Position numbers and translations under genes: made by a program. The notes under the pieces were generated by a model. The model saw only the letters and a list, made by a program, of their open reading frames with translations, was not told the DNA's origin and made no database searches. A stretch of 44,101 bases of DNA from contig CAJWVP010000001.1 in NCBI GenBank assembly GCA_913048145.1, positions 1 to 44,101 of the forward strand. Reading direction: 5' to 3'. Positions 1 through 11,932 of this stretch are shown in pieces (the first letter of the stretch is position 1; each line of letters opens with the position of its first letter). Origin of the DNA: an uncultured Rhodospirillaceae bacterium. GTDB lineage: Bacteria > Pseudomonadota > Alphaproteobacteria > Rhodospirillales > Casp-alpha2.

Positions 1-782
1 ACTTCGCTAAGGTCCTGAAAAACGCCGAGAAGGCCATGATCATCGTCGGTCAAGGTGCGCTGAAGGGTGAAGACGGCGCCGCCGTTCTGAACCTGGCGCG
101 TCAGACCGCCGACAAACTGGGCATGATCAAAACCGGCTGGAACGGGTTCAACGTCTTGCATACGGCCGCGGCCCGCGTCGGCGGACTGGATCTCGGGTTT
201 GTGCCTGGCGAGGGCGGCCTCGACGTGGCCGGTATCTTTGCCGGGGCGCAATCAAACGCAATTAATATGGTCTACCTCCTATGCGCCGATGAGATTGACA
301 CACAGGCCTTGGGCGACGCCTTCGTCATTTATCAGGGTCATCACGGCGACGCGGGCGCGCACCGTGCCGACGTGATCCTGCCGGGTGCCGCTTACACAGA
401 AAAGAATGCCACTTACGTGAATACGGAAGGCCGTGTGCAGTTGGGCCGTCGCGCTATCTTTCCGCCCGGCGAAGCGCGAGAGGATTGGACTATTATTCGC
501 GCCTTGTCGGCCGTCCTAGGCCAAACGCTGCCCTATGACGACCTCAAGGCCGTGCGCGCGAAGTTGGTGGAGGCCAACGCCAACTTCCTGAAGATCAACC
601 AAACCACGCCGGCGGAATGGGGAAGCTTTGGCACCGAAGGCGCGATCTCCGACGCGCCGTTTGCCAGCCCCGTTTGCAACTTCTATATGACCGACCCCAT
701 TAGTCGCGCCTCGGAAACAATGGCGCATTGCATTGAAACCTTCGGTAAGGGCGACGAAAGGAAGACCGGCACCGATGGTTGA
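1..782 (+). CDS. nuoG: NADH-quinone oxidoreductase subunit G, C-terminal part (gene runs off the 5' edge)
   Basis: The reading frame is open from the window edge ([20 protein letters not shown]...) to TGA at 780-782. It lies directly upstream of nuoH and overlaps it by 8 nt. The C-terminal sequence resembles the 75-kDa subunit. Confidence 0.85.
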   Translation, partial: FAKVLKNAEKAMIIVGQGALKGEDGAAVLNLARQTADKLGMIKTGWNGFNVLHTAAARVGGLDLGFVPGEGGLDVAGIFAGAQSNAINMVYLLCADEIDTQALGDAFVIYQGHHGDAGAHRADVILPGAAYTEKNATYVNTEGRVQLGRRAIFPPGEAREDWTIIRALSAVLGQTLPYDDLKAVRAKLVEANANFLKINQTTPAEWGSFGTEGAISDAPFASPVCNFYMTDPISRASETMAHCIETFGKGDERKTGTDG

Positions 783-1803
783 ACTCTGGGATAATTACAT
801 CTGGCCGACGGCCTGGATCGTCATCAAGATCGTAGCGATCATAATTCCGATCATGCTGTCGGTAGCCTATTTGACACTGGCCGAACGAAAGGTCATCGGC
901 GCCATGCAACAGCGCCGCGGCCCCAACGTGGTGGGCCCGTTCGGGTTGCTTCAACCCATTGCCGACGGGGTCAAGCTGTTCCTCAAGGAAACCGTGATCC
1001 CGGCCAGCGCCAACCGCGGCGTGTTTATCGCAGCCCCCTGCATCACCTTTATCCTGGCGTTGGTTGCCTGGGCGGTGATCCCCTTCGACCACCAGATGGT
1101 CCTAGCCGATATCAATGTGGGTATTCTTTATCTGTTCGCGATTTCATCGCTTGGCGTTTACGGCATTCTAATGGCCGGCTGGGCATCGAACTCGCGCTAT
1201 GCGTTTCTGGGCGCCATGCGTTCGGCGGCGCAGATGGTCTCGTACGAAGTCTCCATGGGTTTTGTTATCATCACCGTCTTGTTGTGCGTCGGTTCGCTGA
1301 ACCTCAGCGACATCGTGATGGCGCAGAAGGGTGACTACGGGATGTTCAACTGGTTCGTCTTCCCGCTGTTCCCCATGGCCGTGGTGTTCTTCATCTCCAC
1401 GTTGGCGGAAACCAACCGGCATCCCTTCGATCTGCCGGAAGCGGAAGCCGAATTGGTGGCCGGCTACAACGTCGAATACTCCGCCATGACCTTCGCCCTG
1501 TTCTTCCTCGGCGAATACGCGAACATGATCCTCATGTCGGCGATGACGGCGGTGCTGTTCCTGGGCGGTTGGTTGCCGCCCGTCGACACCTATCCGTTGG
1601 ACGCCGTTCCGGGGCCTATCTGGCTAGCCCTAAAGATCGCGTTCTGCCTATTTATCTTCCTGTGGGTGCGCGCCACTTTCCCGCGTTACCGTTACGACCA
1701 GCTCATGCGACTCGGTTGGAAAGTGTTTTTGCCGATCTCACTGGCCGCTGTAGCGATTGTCGCCGGCGTGCTGGTGGCCTTTGACTGGCTGCCGAAAGCA
1801 TAA
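775..1803 (+). CDS. nuoH: NADH-quinone oxidoreductase subunit H
   Basis: Polytopic membrane protein starting [20 protein letters not shown], with the typical NuoH/ND1 motifs ([42 protein letters not shown]). I chose the ATG at 775 rather than the ORF-track start at 733 because 775 overlaps the nuoG stop and removes a basic, non-conserved extension. Confidence 0.95.
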   Translation: MVELWDNYIWPTAWIVIKIVAIIIPIMLSVAYLTLAERKVIGAMQQRRGPNVVGPFGLLQPIADGVKLFLKETVIPASANRGVFIAAPCITFILALVAWAVIPFDHQMVLADINVGILYLFAISSLGVYGILMAGWASNSRYAFLGAMRSAAQMVSYEVSMGFVIITVLLCVGSLNLSDIVMAQKGDYGMFNWFVFPLFPMAVVFFISTLAETNRHPFDLPEAEAELVAGYNVEYSAMTFALFFLGEYANMILMSAMTAVLFLGGWLPPVDTYPLDAVPGPIWLALKIAFCLFIFLWVRATFPRYRYDQLMRLGWKVFLPISLAAVAIVAGVLVAFDWLPKA

Positions 1804-1815
1804 GGGAGAGAGATC

Positions 1816-2304
1816 ATGCATGCCATCGTACGCGGTGTAAAATCCATCTTCCTTGCTGAACTTATGAGAGGTATGGCCCTCACGCTGAAGATGTTTTTCA
1901 AGCCGAAGGTGACGGTAAACTACCCCTATGAAAAAGGGCCGTTGAGCCCGCGGTTCCGGGGCGAACACGCGTTGCGCCGGTATTCCAACGGGGAAGAGCG
2001 CTGCATCGCCTGCAAACTCTGCGAGGCCATCTGCCCGGCCCAAGCTATCACCATCGAGGCCGAGCCCCGTGAGGACGGATCGCGGCGCACGACCCGCTAC
2101 GACATCGACATGACCAAGTGCATCTACTGCGGCTATTGCGAAGAAGCCTGCCCCGTGGACGCCATTGTTGAAGGACCAAATTTCGAGTTCGCCACGGAGA
2201 CCCGTGAAGAACTCTTGTACGACAAGGCCAAGCTGCTCGCTAATGGGGACCGTTGGGAAACGGAAATCGGCGAGCGCCTGCGTCTCGACGCGCCGTATCG
2301 CTAG
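1816..2304 (+). CDS. nuoI: NADH-quinone oxidoreductase subunit I (2x[4Fe-4S] ferredoxin)
   Basis: Two CxxCxxCxxxCP motifs are present ([12 protein letters not shown] and [12 protein letters not shown]). A GGGAGAG Shine-Dalgarno lies upstream of the ATG at 1816. Position in the nuo order fits. Confidence 0.95.
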   Translation: MHAIVRGVKSIFLAELMRGMALTLKMFFKPKVTVNYPYEKGPLSPRFRGEHALRRYSNGEERCIACKLCEAICPAQAITIEAEPREDGSRRTTRYDIDMTKCIYCGYCEEACPVDAIVEGPNFEFATETREELLYDKAKLLANGDRWETEIGERLRLDAPYR

Positions 2305-2341
2305 GCGCGCGAGGTCAAACGAGGAGGGAAGACGAAAGACC

Positions 2342-2950
2342 ATGATAGAAGTCCTGGCCTTTTATATGTTTGCCTGTACGGCCGTGGCATCGGCCGTGCT
2401 GGTCATATCGGCGCGGAATCCGGTACACTCGGTGCTGTTCCTGATCCTGACCTTCTTCAATGCGGCCGGTCTGTTCGTGCTGTTGGGCGCGGAATTCCTG
2501 GCCATGATCCTGGTTGTCGTCTACGTGGGCGCGGTAGCCGTGCTGTTTATGTTCGTGGTCATGATGCTAGACATCAACTTCGTCGAGCTGCGCCAAGGTT
2601 TTCTCCAATACCTGCCCATCGGTGCTCTTATCGGGATCATCTTGCTGGTTGAACTGCTGGTTCTGGTCGGCGGTTGGGGCATGGCCCCCGAAGCGGCAAA
2701 ATCCGCCGGTGCCCCCACCCCGGACATCGGGGTGACTACTAATACCCACGCGTTGGGTGAGATCGTCTACACCCAATACATATACCTGTTCCAGGCGGCG
2801 GGCATGATCCTGCTGGTGGCCATGATCGGAGCCATCGTATTGACGCACCGCCAGCGCGTCGGCGTAAAGAAACAGAACATTGGCAATCAGTTGGCTCGAA
2901 GCGCAGACGATGTCGAAGTCCGTAAAGTCGAAGTCGGGAAGGGAATCTGA
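2342..2950 (+). CDS. nuoJ: NADH-quinone oxidoreductase subunit J
   Basis: Hydrophobic protein starting [22 protein letters not shown]. The ATG at 2342 follows the nuoI stop. The ORF-track extension back to 2165 overlaps nuoI and looks non-coding. Confidence 0.9.
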   Translation: MIEVLAFYMFACTAVASAVLVISARNPVHSVLFLILTFFNAAGLFVLLGAEFLAMILVVVYVGAVAVLFMFVVMMLDINFVELRQGFLQYLPIGALIGIILLVELLVLVGGWGMAPEAAKSAGAPTPDIGVTTNTHALGEIVYTQYIYLFQAAGMILLVAMIGAIVLTHRQRVGVKKQNIGNQLARSADDVEVRKVEVGKGI

Positions 2951-3261
2951 TGCTCGATATCGGTCTTGCCCATTACCTGAGCGTTGCCGCCGTGCTGTTC
3001 ACACTTGGTATTTTCGGAATCTTTCTGAACCGGAAGAACGTGATCATCATTCTCATGTCCGTGGAACTGATGCTGTTGGCCGTGAACATCAACCTGGTGG
3101 CTTTCTCCGCCGAGTTGAGCGACCTGGTCGGGCAGGTGTTTGCCATGTTCGTCCTCACCGTGGCTGCAGCGGAAGCGGCCGTGGGCCTTGCGATCTTGGT
3201 GATCTTCTTCCGTAACCGCGGCACCATCGCCGTCGAAGACATCAACGTGATGAGCGGCTGA
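2950..3261 (+). CDS. nuoK: NADH-quinone oxidoreductase subunit K
   Basis: 102-aa three-helix membrane protein with the NuoK/ND4L pattern ([18 protein letters not shown]). The ATG overlaps the nuoJ TGA by 1 nt. Confidence 0.9.
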   Translation: MLDIGLAHYLSVAAVLFTLGIFGIFLNRKNVIIILMSVELMLLAVNINLVAFSAELSDLVGQVFAMFVLTVAAAEAAVGLAILVIFFRNRGTIAVEDINVMSG

Positions 3262-3271
3262 GGGCGCGGTC

Positions 3272-5233
3272 ATGCTGAATATTTTGGTCGTTTTCCTGCC
3301 ACTTATCGGCTCCGTATTGGCCGGCATCATCGTCTTCGTGCCGGCGGCTGATAAGGAAAAGCAGCACAGCCTCGATATGCTTGCTCAGTGGGCAACCTGC
3401 GCGGGTCTAGTGCTTTCCATGATCTGCGCCATCGTTGTGTTCAAGGACGTGGCTTTAGAAGGCAACGCGCGTACGACGGAGCTGTTCACCTGGATCGACT
3501 CTGGCGCCCTTGAGGCCTCCTGGGCGTTGAAGGTCGACACCCTAACCGCCGTGATGATGATCGTCGTCACCGTGGTCTCGGCCATGGTGCATATCTATTC
3601 CGTCGGTTATATGCACCACGACCCAGCGATCCCACGGTTCATGTGCTATCTGAGCTTGTTCACCTTCTTCATGCTGATGCTGATCACCTCCGACAACCTT
3701 GTACAGCTTTTCTTCGGTTGGGAAGGGGTGGGCCTTGCGTCCTATCTGCTGATTGGCTTTTGGTACAACAAACCCACAGCCAACGCCGCCGCCATCAAAG
3801 CGTTTCTGGTCAACCGAGTTGGCGATTTCAGCTTCGCGCTGGGTATCTTCGCCGTGTTCATGCTGTTCCAGACAGTAGAACTAGACACCATATTCGCCGC
3901 TGCAGAAGGAAAGAAAGACGCTACCTTCGTCATCTTTGGCGCCGAAGTGCACGCGCTCACGGCATGCTGTCTGCTGCTGTTCGTCGGTGCCATGGGCAAA
4001 TCGGCGCAGTTGGGGCTGCATACGTGGCTGCCAGACGCAATGGAAGGTCCGACCCCAGTTTCCGCCCTGATCCACGCCGCGACCATGGTGACCGCCGGCG
4101 TGTTCATGGTCGCTCGCCTGTCGCCGATTTTCGAGTTTTCCGATACGGCATTGACAGTCGTAACCCTGGTTGGCGCGACGACGGCGATTTTCGCCGCCAC
4201 CGTGGGCTGCGTACAGAATGACATCAAACGTGTCATCGCCTATTCCACCTGTTCGCAGTTGGGTTACATGTTCTTCGCTTGCGGCGTCTCGGCCTATTCG
4301 GCAGGCGTCTTTCACCTGATGACGCACGGCTTCTTTAAGGCCCTGTTGTTCCTGGGCGCCGGTTCGGTGATTCACGCCATGTCCGATGAGCAGGATATGC
4401 GCCGCATGGGTGGCATCTGGAAGCACATAAAGGTGACCTACGCGCTGATGTGGATCGGATCGTTAGCCCTCGCGGGCGTGCCGTTCTTCGCCGGCTTCTA
4501 TTCCAAGGATATCGTTCTAGAGGCGGCCTATGCGGCCGAGACGGGGATTGGGCAATACGCGTTCTGGCTCGGCCTTTTGGCGGCGTTCCTGACGGCGTTC
4601 TATTCCTGGCGGTTATTGTTCATGACTTTCCATGGCGAACCACGCGCCGACGAGAAGACCATGGCCCACGTTCACGAAAGCCCCAAGGTGATGATCCTGC
4701 CGCTGTTCGTTTTAGCCATTGGCGCCTTATTCTCTGGCTATGTGGCCTACGACTACTTTGTCGGCGCCAAGGCGGCGGAATTCTGGGGCGACGCGATTCT
4801 AATCCTCGAGCACCATAAGGCGTTAGAAAACGCCCATCACGTGCCGACTTGGGTGAAATTGTCACCCATTGTCGTCGGTGTCTTGGGGATCGGGTTGGCT
4901 TACGTCCTCTATATTCAGCGCACCGATATTCCCGAAAAGATCGCCGAGAAATTCCAGGCAATCTATCAGTTCTTGCTCAACAAGTGGTACTTCGATGAGC
5001 TTTATGAATTCTTGTTCGTCCGTCCATCGTTTGCACTGGGCCGCGGGTTCTGGAAGGTGGTCGACGAGATGATCATCGACGGATTGGGACCAGACGGCAT
5101 TTCCAACACGGTGCGCCTGGCAGCCAAGAGGGTGGCGGCGTTGCAGTCGGGATATCTCTATCACTATGCCTTCGCCATGCTGATTGGGGTCGTTGTGATT
5201 ACGACTTGGTATCTAGTTGGCCACAGCGGATGA
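3272..5233 (+). CDS. nuoL: NADH-quinone oxidoreductase subunit L
   Basis: 653-aa antiporter-like subunit with GWEGVGLASYLLIGFW and WLPDAMEGPTPVSALIHAATMVTAG motifs. Position in the operon fits. Confidence 0.95.
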   Translation: MLNILVVFLPLIGSVLAGIIVFVPAADKEKQHSLDMLAQWATCAGLVLSMICAIVVFKDVALEGNARTTELFTWIDSGALEASWALKVDTLTAVMMIVVTVVSAMVHIYSVGYMHHDPAIPRFMCYLSLFTFFMLMLITSDNLVQLFFGWEGVGLASYLLIGFWYNKPTANAAAIKAFLVNRVGDFSFALGIFAVFMLFQTVELDTIFAAAEGKKDATFVIFGAEVHALTACCLLLFVGAMGKSAQLGLHTWLPDAMEGPTPVSALIHAATMVTAGVFMVARLSPIFEFSDTALTVVTLVGATTAIFAATVGCVQNDIKRVIAYSTCSQLGYMFFACGVSAYSAGVFHLMTHGFFKALLFLGAGSVIHAMSDEQDMRRMGGIWKHIKVTYALMWIGSLALAGVPFFAGFYSKDIVLEAAYAAETGIGQYAFWLGLLAAFLTAFYSWRLLFMTFHGEPRADEKTMAHVHESPKVMILPLFVLAIGALFSGYVAYDYFVGAKAAEFWGDAILILEHHKALENAHHVPTWVKLSPIVVGVLGIGLAYVLYIQRTDIPEKIAEKFQAIYQFLLNKWYFDELYEFLFVRPSFALGRGFWKVVDEMIIDGLGPDGISNTVRLAAKRVAALQSGYLYHYAFAMLIGVVVITTWYLVGHSG

Positions 5234-5250
5234 CGAGGATTGAATAACAC

Positions 5251-6765
5251 ATGAGCGGTCTTCCCATCCTGTCCCTGTTGACGTTCCTGCCTTTGGTGGG
5301 TGCGTTGTTCATCTTCTCGATCCGCGGTGACAACGAGACAGTAGCACTCAACGCGCGAAGCGTGGCGTTATGGACCACGGGCATCAACTTCTTCCTGTCG
5401 CTCTACATCTGGTTCAACTTCGATCCATCGACGGCCGACTTCCAGTTCGTCGAAAAAGTCGAATGGATGCCGGTGCTGGGCCTTCAATACCACATGGGCA
5501 TCGACGGCATTTCCATGCTGTTCGTGTTGCTCACGACACTGCTGTCGCCGATCTGTATCCTGGCAAGTTGGGAAGCTATCCAGACCCGGGTGAAGGAGTA
5601 CATGATATCCTTCCTAATCCTTGAAACGCTGATGGTAGGAATGTTCTGCGCCCTAGACCTGATGGTCTTCTACATATACTTCGAAGGCGTCCTGATCCCC
5701 ATGTTCTTGATCATCGGGATCTGGGGCGGACCCCGGCGCGTGTATGCAGCGTTCAAGCTGTTCCTCTACACCCTGTTGGGTTCGGTCCTAATGCTGCTGG
5801 CGATGTTTGCTATGTACGTGGACGCGGGCACCACCGACATCGTCCAACTCATGAACCACAACTTCCCGGCGGAGCTACAAACCTGGTTGTTCCTGGCCTT
5901 CTTCGCATCCTTCGCGGTGAAGGTCCCTATGTGGCCGGTGCACACTTGGCTGCCGGACGCCCACGTGGAGGCGCCGACGGCCGGTTCAGTGATACTGGCC
6001 GGCGTGCTGTTGAAATTCGGCGGCTACGGGTTCCTCCGCTTTTCGCTGCCCATGTTTCCTCTGGCCACCGTGGACTTCACGCCCATGGTCTACACGCTCA
6101 GCATTATTGCCGTGGTTTACACATCGTTCGTGGCCTTGGTCCAGGAGGACATGAAGAAGCTGATCGCCTATTCGTCGGTCGCCCACATGGGCTTCGTCAC
6201 CATTGGCGCCTTCACCCTAACGATTCAGGGTGTTGAAGGCGCTATCTACGTGATGCTCAGCCACGGGATTGTCTCCGCCGCCTTGTTCTTGATCGTCGGT
6301 GTTGTCTATGACCGCATTCATTCCCGCGACATCGAGGTGTACGGCGGCCTGGTGCATCGAATGCCGGGCTATGCGCTGACGTTCATGTTCTTCATGCTGG
6401 CCTCAGTGGGCTTGCCCGGCACGGGCGGTTTCATCGGCGAATTCCTGGTGCTACTAGGCGCCTTCCAGGTGAACGCCTGGGTATGCGCGCTGGCGGCTTT
6501 GGGCGTCATTTTGGGCGCGGCTTACATGCTGTATCTCTACCGGCGGATTATCTTCGGCGAACTCACCAAGGACGTATTGAAGAAGATTGCCGACATGAGC
6601 CCTCGTGAATGGGCCGTGTTCGCGCCGTTGATCATTCTGACACTTTGGATGGGCATATATCCGTTGCCCTTCCTGGACATCATGCACGTCTCAGTCGAGA
6701 ACCTACTGCAACAGGTGCAGACGGCTCAAGCGGCGGCAGCCAACGTAACGTTAGCCGGACGCTAG
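5251..6765 (+). CDS. nuoM: NADH-quinone oxidoreductase subunit M
   Basis: 504-aa antiporter-like subunit with the [23 protein letters not shown] motif. Position in the operon fits. Confidence 0.95.
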   Translation: MSGLPILSLLTFLPLVGALFIFSIRGDNETVALNARSVALWTTGINFFLSLYIWFNFDPSTADFQFVEKVEWMPVLGLQYHMGIDGISMLFVLLTTLLSPICILASWEAIQTRVKEYMISFLILETLMVGMFCALDLMVFYIYFEGVLIPMFLIIGIWGGPRRVYAAFKLFLYTLLGSVLMLLAMFAMYVDAGTTDIVQLMNHNFPAELQTWLFLAFFASFAVKVPMWPVHTWLPDAHVEAPTAGSVILAGVLLKFGGYGFLRFSLPMFPLATVDFTPMVYTLSIIAVVYTSFVALVQEDMKKLIAYSSVAHMGFVTIGAFTLTIQGVEGAIYVMLSHGIVSAALFLIVGVVYDRIHSRDIEVYGGLVHRMPGYALTFMFFMLASVGLPGTGGFIGEFLVLLGAFQVNAWVCALAALGVILGAAYMLYLYRRIIFGELTKDVLKKIADMSPREWAVFAPLIILTLWMGIYPLPFLDIMHVSVENLLQQVQTAQAAAANVTLAGR

Positions 6766-6786
6766 GACGGGGAAGGGACAAAAGAT

Positions 6787-8265
6787 ATGCCTAATACCCA
6801 CGTACCCGAACTGATCCCCGCGCTGCCGGAGCTTTTCCTGGCGGTGATCATCATGGCGCTGCTGATGTTTGGCGTATTCCAAAAGGGCGGACGCGACGAA
6901 CAAGACGTTACCACTTTCCGCTACGTGACTTATATGGGCATCGTGGCCTTGTTGTTGGCGGTGCTGCTCACGACCTTGCTGGCCGACGAACGCCTGGTGA
7001 CTTTTGGTGGCATGTTCGTCTCCGACGGTTATGCGGTCTTCTGCAAGGTTTTAGTGTTGCTGGCGTCGGCCGGATCATTAGTGATCGCGAAAGGATTCCT
7101 GGAAAGACATAGTTTGGCCCGGTTCGAGTTCCCGGTCCTTGTGGTCTTCGCGACCCTCGGCATGCTGATGATGATCTCGGCCAACGATATGATCTCGCTC
7201 TATCTTGGTCTCGAAATGCAGAGCCTCTCGCTCTACATAATCGCCGCTTTCCAGCGCGACGACACACGCTCCACGGAGGCAGGCCTCAAATATTTCGTAC
7301 TAGGCGCTGTGGCGTCCGGAATGCTGCTTTACGGCATGTCTTTGGTTTACGGTTTCGCCGGCACCACCAGCTTTGAGGTCATGGCCAAGATGTTTACTAA
7401 CACGGGGCCCGAAGGTCCGGGCACCGGCATGATCTTCGGGATCGTATTTATCCTCGCGGGCCTGGCCTTCAAGGTGTCCGCCGTGCCTTTCCACATGTGG
7501 ACCCCAGACGTCTACGAAGGTGCACCAACGCCGGTCACGGCCTTCTTCGCAATTGCCCCGAAGATTGCGGGGATGGCACTGTTCATGCGGGTCATGGTTG
7601 GGCCTTTTGGCGATCTTTTGGCGCAATGGCAGCAGATCGTTGTTTTCATTTCCATCGCCTCGATGATCCTGGGTTCCTTCGCCGCCGTAAACCAGCGCAA
7701 CATCAAGCGCCTTATGGCTTACAGCTCTATCGGTCACGTCGGCTATGCGCTGATCGGCCTGTCGGTCGGTTCGGAGGCCGGTATCCGCGCGGTACTGATC
7801 TACCTGGCCATCTATCTGTTCATGAATATTGGCACGTTCGCCTGCATCCTCTGCATGCGGCGCGGCGGACGCATGGTGGAGGGGATCGATGATCTGGCGG
7901 GCCTGGGCAAGACGCACCCGATGATCGCGTTGGCCTTGGCGATTTTCATGTTCTCTATGGCTGGCATTCCGCCGCTGGCCGGTTTTTTCGGCAAGCTTTA
8001 CGTCTTCCAGGCCGCAATCGCAGCGGAGCTCTATACCTTGGCGATCATTGGCGTGCTGACCAGCGTGGTTGGCGCTTTCTATTACCTCCGGATCATCCGG
8101 ATCATGTACTTCGACGACGCCGAGGATCCGCTGGATCAGTCCATAGACCGCGAAATCGGCGCGCTGCTGACGCTCACCGGAATTCTGATCGTGGCATTCA
8201 TCGCCTATCCGGAACCGTTGGTGTCCAACGCGGCGGCGGCGGCGGCGTCCCTGTTCTCCAGTTGA
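6787..8265 (+). CDS. nuoN: NADH-quinone oxidoreductase subunit N
   Basis: 492-aa antiporter-like subunit with the [19 protein letters not shown] motif. It is the last gene of the nuo order. Confidence 0.95.
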   Translation: MPNTHVPELIPALPELFLAVIIMALLMFGVFQKGGRDEQDVTTFRYVTYMGIVALLLAVLLTTLLADERLVTFGGMFVSDGYAVFCKVLVLLASAGSLVIAKGFLERHSLARFEFPVLVVFATLGMLMMISANDMISLYLGLEMQSLSLYIIAAFQRDDTRSTEAGLKYFVLGAVASGMLLYGMSLVYGFAGTTSFEVMAKMFTNTGPEGPGTGMIFGIVFILAGLAFKVSAVPFHMWTPDVYEGAPTPVTAFFAIAPKIAGMALFMRVMVGPFGDLLAQWQQIVVFISIASMILGSFAAVNQRNIKRLMAYSSIGHVGYALIGLSVGSEAGIRAVLIYLAIYLFMNIGTFACILCMRRGGRMVEGIDDLAGLGKTHPMIALALAIFMFSMAGIPPLAGFFGKLYVFQAAIAAELYTLAIIGVLTSVVGAFYYLRIIRIMYFDDAEDPLDQSIDREIGALLTLTGILIVAFIAYPEPLVSNAAAAAASLFSS

Positions 8266-8278
8266 GCACCCTCGGAAC

Positions 8279-9040
8279 ATGTCCGAACCACGCCTCCCTT
8301 CTGTTTATAACCTGATTTCTCTGGAGCGTTGCGCGTCCACAAATGACGAGGCCCGCGACCTCGCCCGTCAGGGTGAGGACGCTGCACCTGACGGCACCTT
8401 GGTTTGGGCACGCGAACAAACCAAAGGGCGGGGTCGACGCGGACGCGACTGGGTCAGCCCGCCGGGCAACCTCCACCTATCCCTGATCCTCCGGCCCGAG
8501 GTGCCGCTACGCGAGGCGGCGCAACTCAGTTTCGTCACTGCTGTCGCGCTCTACGATGCCCTCGGCAATATTTCGGAGCCCGGACACCAAATCCACTTGA
8601 AATGGCCAAACGACGTCCTCCTCCAGGAAAAGAAGGTCGCCGGTATCTTGCTGGAGTCGGAAGCCGGCGGGGCCGAGTTTCCCGAATGGGTCATCGTCGG
8701 TCTTGGCGTCAATGTCGCGCATTTTCCCGACGACGCGGCCTATCCGGCAACGTCGCTGAGTGCCGAGCATTGGACCGTTACGGTGGAGGATACCCTTGTC
8801 GCCTTTGCCCGTAGTTTCCAAAGGTGGGCCAACATTTGGGTGGAAGAGGGGTTCGACAAAGTGCGTCGGACCTGGCTCAACCGAGCCATAGGCAAGGGCA
8901 AGGCCATCGAGGTGCGCTTGGAGAACGAGACCCTAACCGGTAACTTCAAGGACCTGGATGATGATGGCGCTCTGATCCTTGAGGGCGACGGCGCGGAACG
9001 GCGGATTGCCGCCGGCGTCGTCTATTTTCCGGATAATTGA
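8279..9040 (+). CDS. birA: biotin--[acetyl-CoA-carboxylase] ligase (group I, no N-terminal HTH)
   Basis: The GRGRRGRDWVSPPGNL biotin/ATP-binding motif is present. At 253 aa it lacks a DNA-binding domain. The nuoN-birA-coaX order is conserved in alphaproteobacteria. Confidence 0.85.
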   Translation: MSEPRLPSVYNLISLERCASTNDEARDLARQGEDAAPDGTLVWAREQTKGRGRRGRDWVSPPGNLHLSLILRPEVPLREAAQLSFVTAVALYDALGNISEPGHQIHLKWPNDVLLQEKKVAGILLESEAGGAEFPEWVIVGLGVNVAHFPDDAAYPATSLSAEHWTVTVEDTLVAFARSFQRWANIWVEEGFDKVRRTWLNRAIGKGKAIEVRLENETLTGNFKDLDDDGALILEGDGAERRIAAGVVYFPDN

Positions 9041-9051
9041 CTGGGACAGCC

Positions 9052-9828
9052 ATGCTGCTTGCTATTGATTCGGGCAACACCAATATCGTCTTCGCAGTAT
9101 TTGGCGACGACGGTACCGTGATGGGCGAATGGCGTTCGTCGACAGACGCCAACAAAACGGCGGACGAATTCGGCATCTGGCTGGAACAGCTCATACATTT
9201 GCAGGGCCTGGCGCGCACGGATATCACTTCGGCTATCGTGTCCACCGTGGTGCCGGCAACGCTGTTTTCCTTGAAATTGCTTTGCCACAAATACTTTGAC
9301 TGCACGCCCTTGGTGATTGGGGAACCGGACGTGAACCTGGGCATTGAGGTGCAGGTGGATCGTCCCGATGACGTAGGCGCAGATCGGTTGGTCAATACGG
9401 TGGCGGCACACGAACGCTACGGCGGGCCATTGATCGTGGTCGATTTCGGGACCGCGACCACTTTCGACGTGGTTGGCGCGGATGGCAGTTACCAGGGCGG
9501 CGTGATCGCGCCGGGCGTAAACTTGTCGCTGGAGGCACTGCACCAGGCAGCGGCGCGCCTCCCGCGAATCGCCGTCGAACGGCCCAAACAAATCATTGGT
9601 AAGGCCACGGTGCCGGCCATGCAAACCGGCATTTTCTGGGGATATGTGGGGCTTATTGAGGGGTTGGTGTCACGCATCCGCGCCGAGTACGGAGCCAACG
9701 ACATGCCGGTCATCGCCACAGGCGGTCTGGCGCCTCTGTTCGCCAAGGCCTCCGACGCGATCCGCGAGACCGACGCAGAATTGACGCTCCGCGGGCTTTT
9801 TACCATCAACCGACGCAACGCCACATGA
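9052..9828 (+). CDS. coaX: type III pantothenate kinase
   Basis: The N-terminal MLLAIDSGNTNIVFAV phosphate-1 motif and the VDFGTATTFD motif of the ASKHA fold are present. I prefer the ATG at 9052 over the TTG at 9037 given in the ORF track, but the start is uncertain by 5 codons. Confidence 0.85.
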   Translation: MLLAIDSGNTNIVFAVFGDDGTVMGEWRSSTDANKTADEFGIWLEQLIHLQGLARTDITSAIVSTVVPATLFSLKLLCHKYFDCTPLVIGEPDVNLGIEVQVDRPDDVGADRLVNTVAAHERYGGPLIVVDFGTATTFDVVGADGSYQGGVIAPGVNLSLEALHQAAARLPRIAVERPKQIIGKATVPAMQTGIFWGYVGLIEGLVSRIRAEYGANDMPVIATGGLAPLFAKASDAIRETDAELTLRGLFTINRRNAT

Positions 9829-11495
9829 GTACAGCAACCGCTGAAGAACTCTTGTTTGTGCCGCTTGGCGGCGCAGGCGAGATCGGCATGAACCTCAACC
9901 TCTACGGCTTTGGCCTGCCCGGGGACGAGGATTGGCTGATGATTGACTTGGGCGTCACCTTCAACGACGGCGAATTACCGGGCATCGACGTCCTAATGCC
10001 CAATCCCAAATTCATTGAGGATCGGAAGGACCGCCTTCTGGCCCTGATACTAACCCACGCGCATGAAGATCACCTGGGTGCGGTCCAGTACCTGTGGCCA
10101 AAGCTGCGCTGTCCCATATACGCGACGCCATTCACGGTCTCTGTGCTGCGTCGCAAGCTTGCCGAGACGGAATTCGGAAGCGAGGTAAAAATCAACGAAG
10201 TCCCTCTTGGGGCGAAATTAGCGCTTGGCCCTTTCGATCTGGAATGGGTAACAATGACCCACTCCATTCCCGAACCGAACGCCATCGCGCTCAGGACGCC
10301 ATTGGGGACGGTCCTGCACACGGGCGATTGGAAGTTCGATCCGGATCCAGTCGTCGGGGAACCGGCGGACGAGAAAACCCTCCGGCGCATTGGGGAAGAG
10401 GGAGCCCTGGCCGTGGTCTGCGATTCCACCAACGTGTTCACGCCAGGCACCACCGGATCGGAGGCGGACATCCTGGACAACCTTACCGACATCATCGCCA
10501 GTTGTACGGGCCAGGTTGCGGTGGCCTGTTTCGCCACCAACGTAGCGCGGTTGGAAACTATTGCCACGGCGGCAGCCAGGAACGACCGCGACGTAGTTCT
10601 GGCCGGGCGGTCGTTGAAGCGAATTACCGATGCGGCCCGAGAGAACGGCTATATAAAGGGCGTCCCCGCCTTCCTCATGGAGGAGGACGCAGGGTTCCTG
10701 CCGGATGACAAGACGTTGATCATCTGTACCGGCAGTCAAGGCGAGCCGCGCGCAGCGCTTGCCCGCATCGCCGCCGAAGATCATCCCCGCATCGTCCTGA
10801 ACCCGGGCGACACACTAATATTCTCGTCTCGGGTAATCCCCGGGAACGAACGGGCCATCGCGGAACTGCAGGCAAAATTCCTGCGCCGGGATATCCATGT
10901 GATCACGGCCAAAGACGCCATGATCCACGTCTCGGGTCATCCCGCACGGGATGAATTGACCCGCATGTACCAACACCTACGGCCCGAGATTGCCATCCCC
11001 GTGCACGGGGAGCTTCGCCATCTCACGGAACACGCCGAATTAGCTCGCACCTGCCAGGTACCGCACGCCATCGTCAACGAGAACGGCGGTGCCGTGCGCC
11101 TAGCGCCAGGGGCACCCAGTATCATCGACCATGTGCCGGTGGGACGCCTAGCGTCCGACGGCAACCGCCTCGTGCCCATCCAATCGGAAGTCGTAAAGAG
11201 CCGGACACGGGCCATGTGGCACGGGTTCGCGGTTCTCACAGTCATCCTAGACCGCGATGAGGTCGATGAGGAAATGCCCATCTCCACCGCGGGCCTTTTG
11301 GAAGATGAAGATGACCCGATCTTGGATACGGTTCGGCTTGCCGTTCGGGAAGCGATCGATAGACTGTCGCGCGACGCCAAAGATGCAGACGATCACACCG
11401 TTTCCGAGGCCGCCCGCATCGCCGCGCGCCGAGCCTTTCGCACCCTTTTCGACAAGCGCCCAATCACCCGCGTGCATCTGGTTCGACTGGACTAA
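9825..11495 (+). CDS. rnj: ribonuclease J (metallo-beta-lactamase / beta-CASP family)
   Basis: The HAHEDHLGA (HxHxDH) motif is present, and the 556-aa length and beta-CASP-like middle region fit. The start overlaps the coaX stop (ATGA). Confidence 0.85.
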   Translation: MSTATAEELLFVPLGGAGEIGMNLNLYGFGLPGDEDWLMIDLGVTFNDGELPGIDVLMPNPKFIEDRKDRLLALILTHAHEDHLGAVQYLWPKLRCPIYATPFTVSVLRRKLAETEFGSEVKINEVPLGAKLALGPFDLEWVTMTHSIPEPNAIALRTPLGTVLHTGDWKFDPDPVVGEPADEKTLRRIGEEGALAVVCDSTNVFTPGTTGSEADILDNLTDIIASCTGQVAVACFATNVARLETIATAAARNDRDVVLAGRSLKRITDAARENGYIKGVPAFLMEEDAGFLPDDKTLIICTGSQGEPRAALARIAAEDHPRIVLNPGDTLIFSSRVIPGNERAIAELQAKFLRRDIHVITAKDAMIHVSGHPARDELTRMYQHLRPEIAIPVHGELRHLTEHAELARTCQVPHAIVNENGGAVRLAPGAPSIIDHVPVGRLASDGNRLVPIQSEVVKSRTRAMWHGFAVLTVILDRDEVDEEMPISTAGLLEDEDDPILDTVRLAVREAIDRLSRDAKDADDHTVSEAARIAARRAFRTLFDKRPITRVHLVRLD

Positions 11496-11512
11496 CACGA
11501 AGGAGTTTCGCC

Positions 11513-11917
11513 ATGATCGGCCGTCTCAATCACGTCGCCATCGCCGTGCCCGACCTGGAAGTCGCTACGGCCACCTACCGTGACACCCTGGGAGCTACTG
11601 TCTCCGCACAGATAGCAGAGCCCGACCACGGCGTCACCGTGGTCTTCGTGAAATTGCCGAACACAAAGATCGAGCTCCTGCACCCCCTGGGCGAGAACTC
11701 ACCCATCGCCGCTTTTCTGGATAAAAACCCATCTGGCGGCATGCATCATGTGTGCTACGAGGTCGATGACATCATCAAAGCCCGCGACCAAATGAAGTCA
11801 GAAGGCGCCCGCGTACTGGGTGATGGAGAGCCGAAAATTGGCGCTCATGGAAAACCGGTCTTGTTCCTGCACCCGAGAGATTTCTGCGGCACTTTGGTCG
11901 AGTTGGAACAGGCCTAG
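11513..11917 (+). CDS. mce: methylmalonyl-CoA epimerase (VOC/glyoxalase family)
   Basis: 134 aa, with MIGRLNHVAIAVPDLEVATATYRDTLGA and GGMHHVCYEVDDI typical of the epimerase. An AGGAG Shine-Dalgarno lies upstream. Confidence 0.8.
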   Translation: MIGRLNHVAIAVPDLEVATATYRDTLGATVSAQIAEPDHGVTVVFVKLPNTKIELLHPLGENSPIAAFLDKNPSGGMHHVCYEVDDIIKARDQMKSEGARVLGDGEPKIGAHGKPVLFLHPRDFCGTLVELEQA

Positions 11918-11932
11918 GGGAGGGGACGCGCC

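Noticed and set aside
7300-8280. 326-codon minus-strand ORF antisense to nuoN
   Set aside because: It lies entirely inside a strongly supported nuoN gene. Its product is Arg/His/Gly/Asp-rich with no membrane or domain character, which is typical of open antisense frames in GC-leaning coding DNA.
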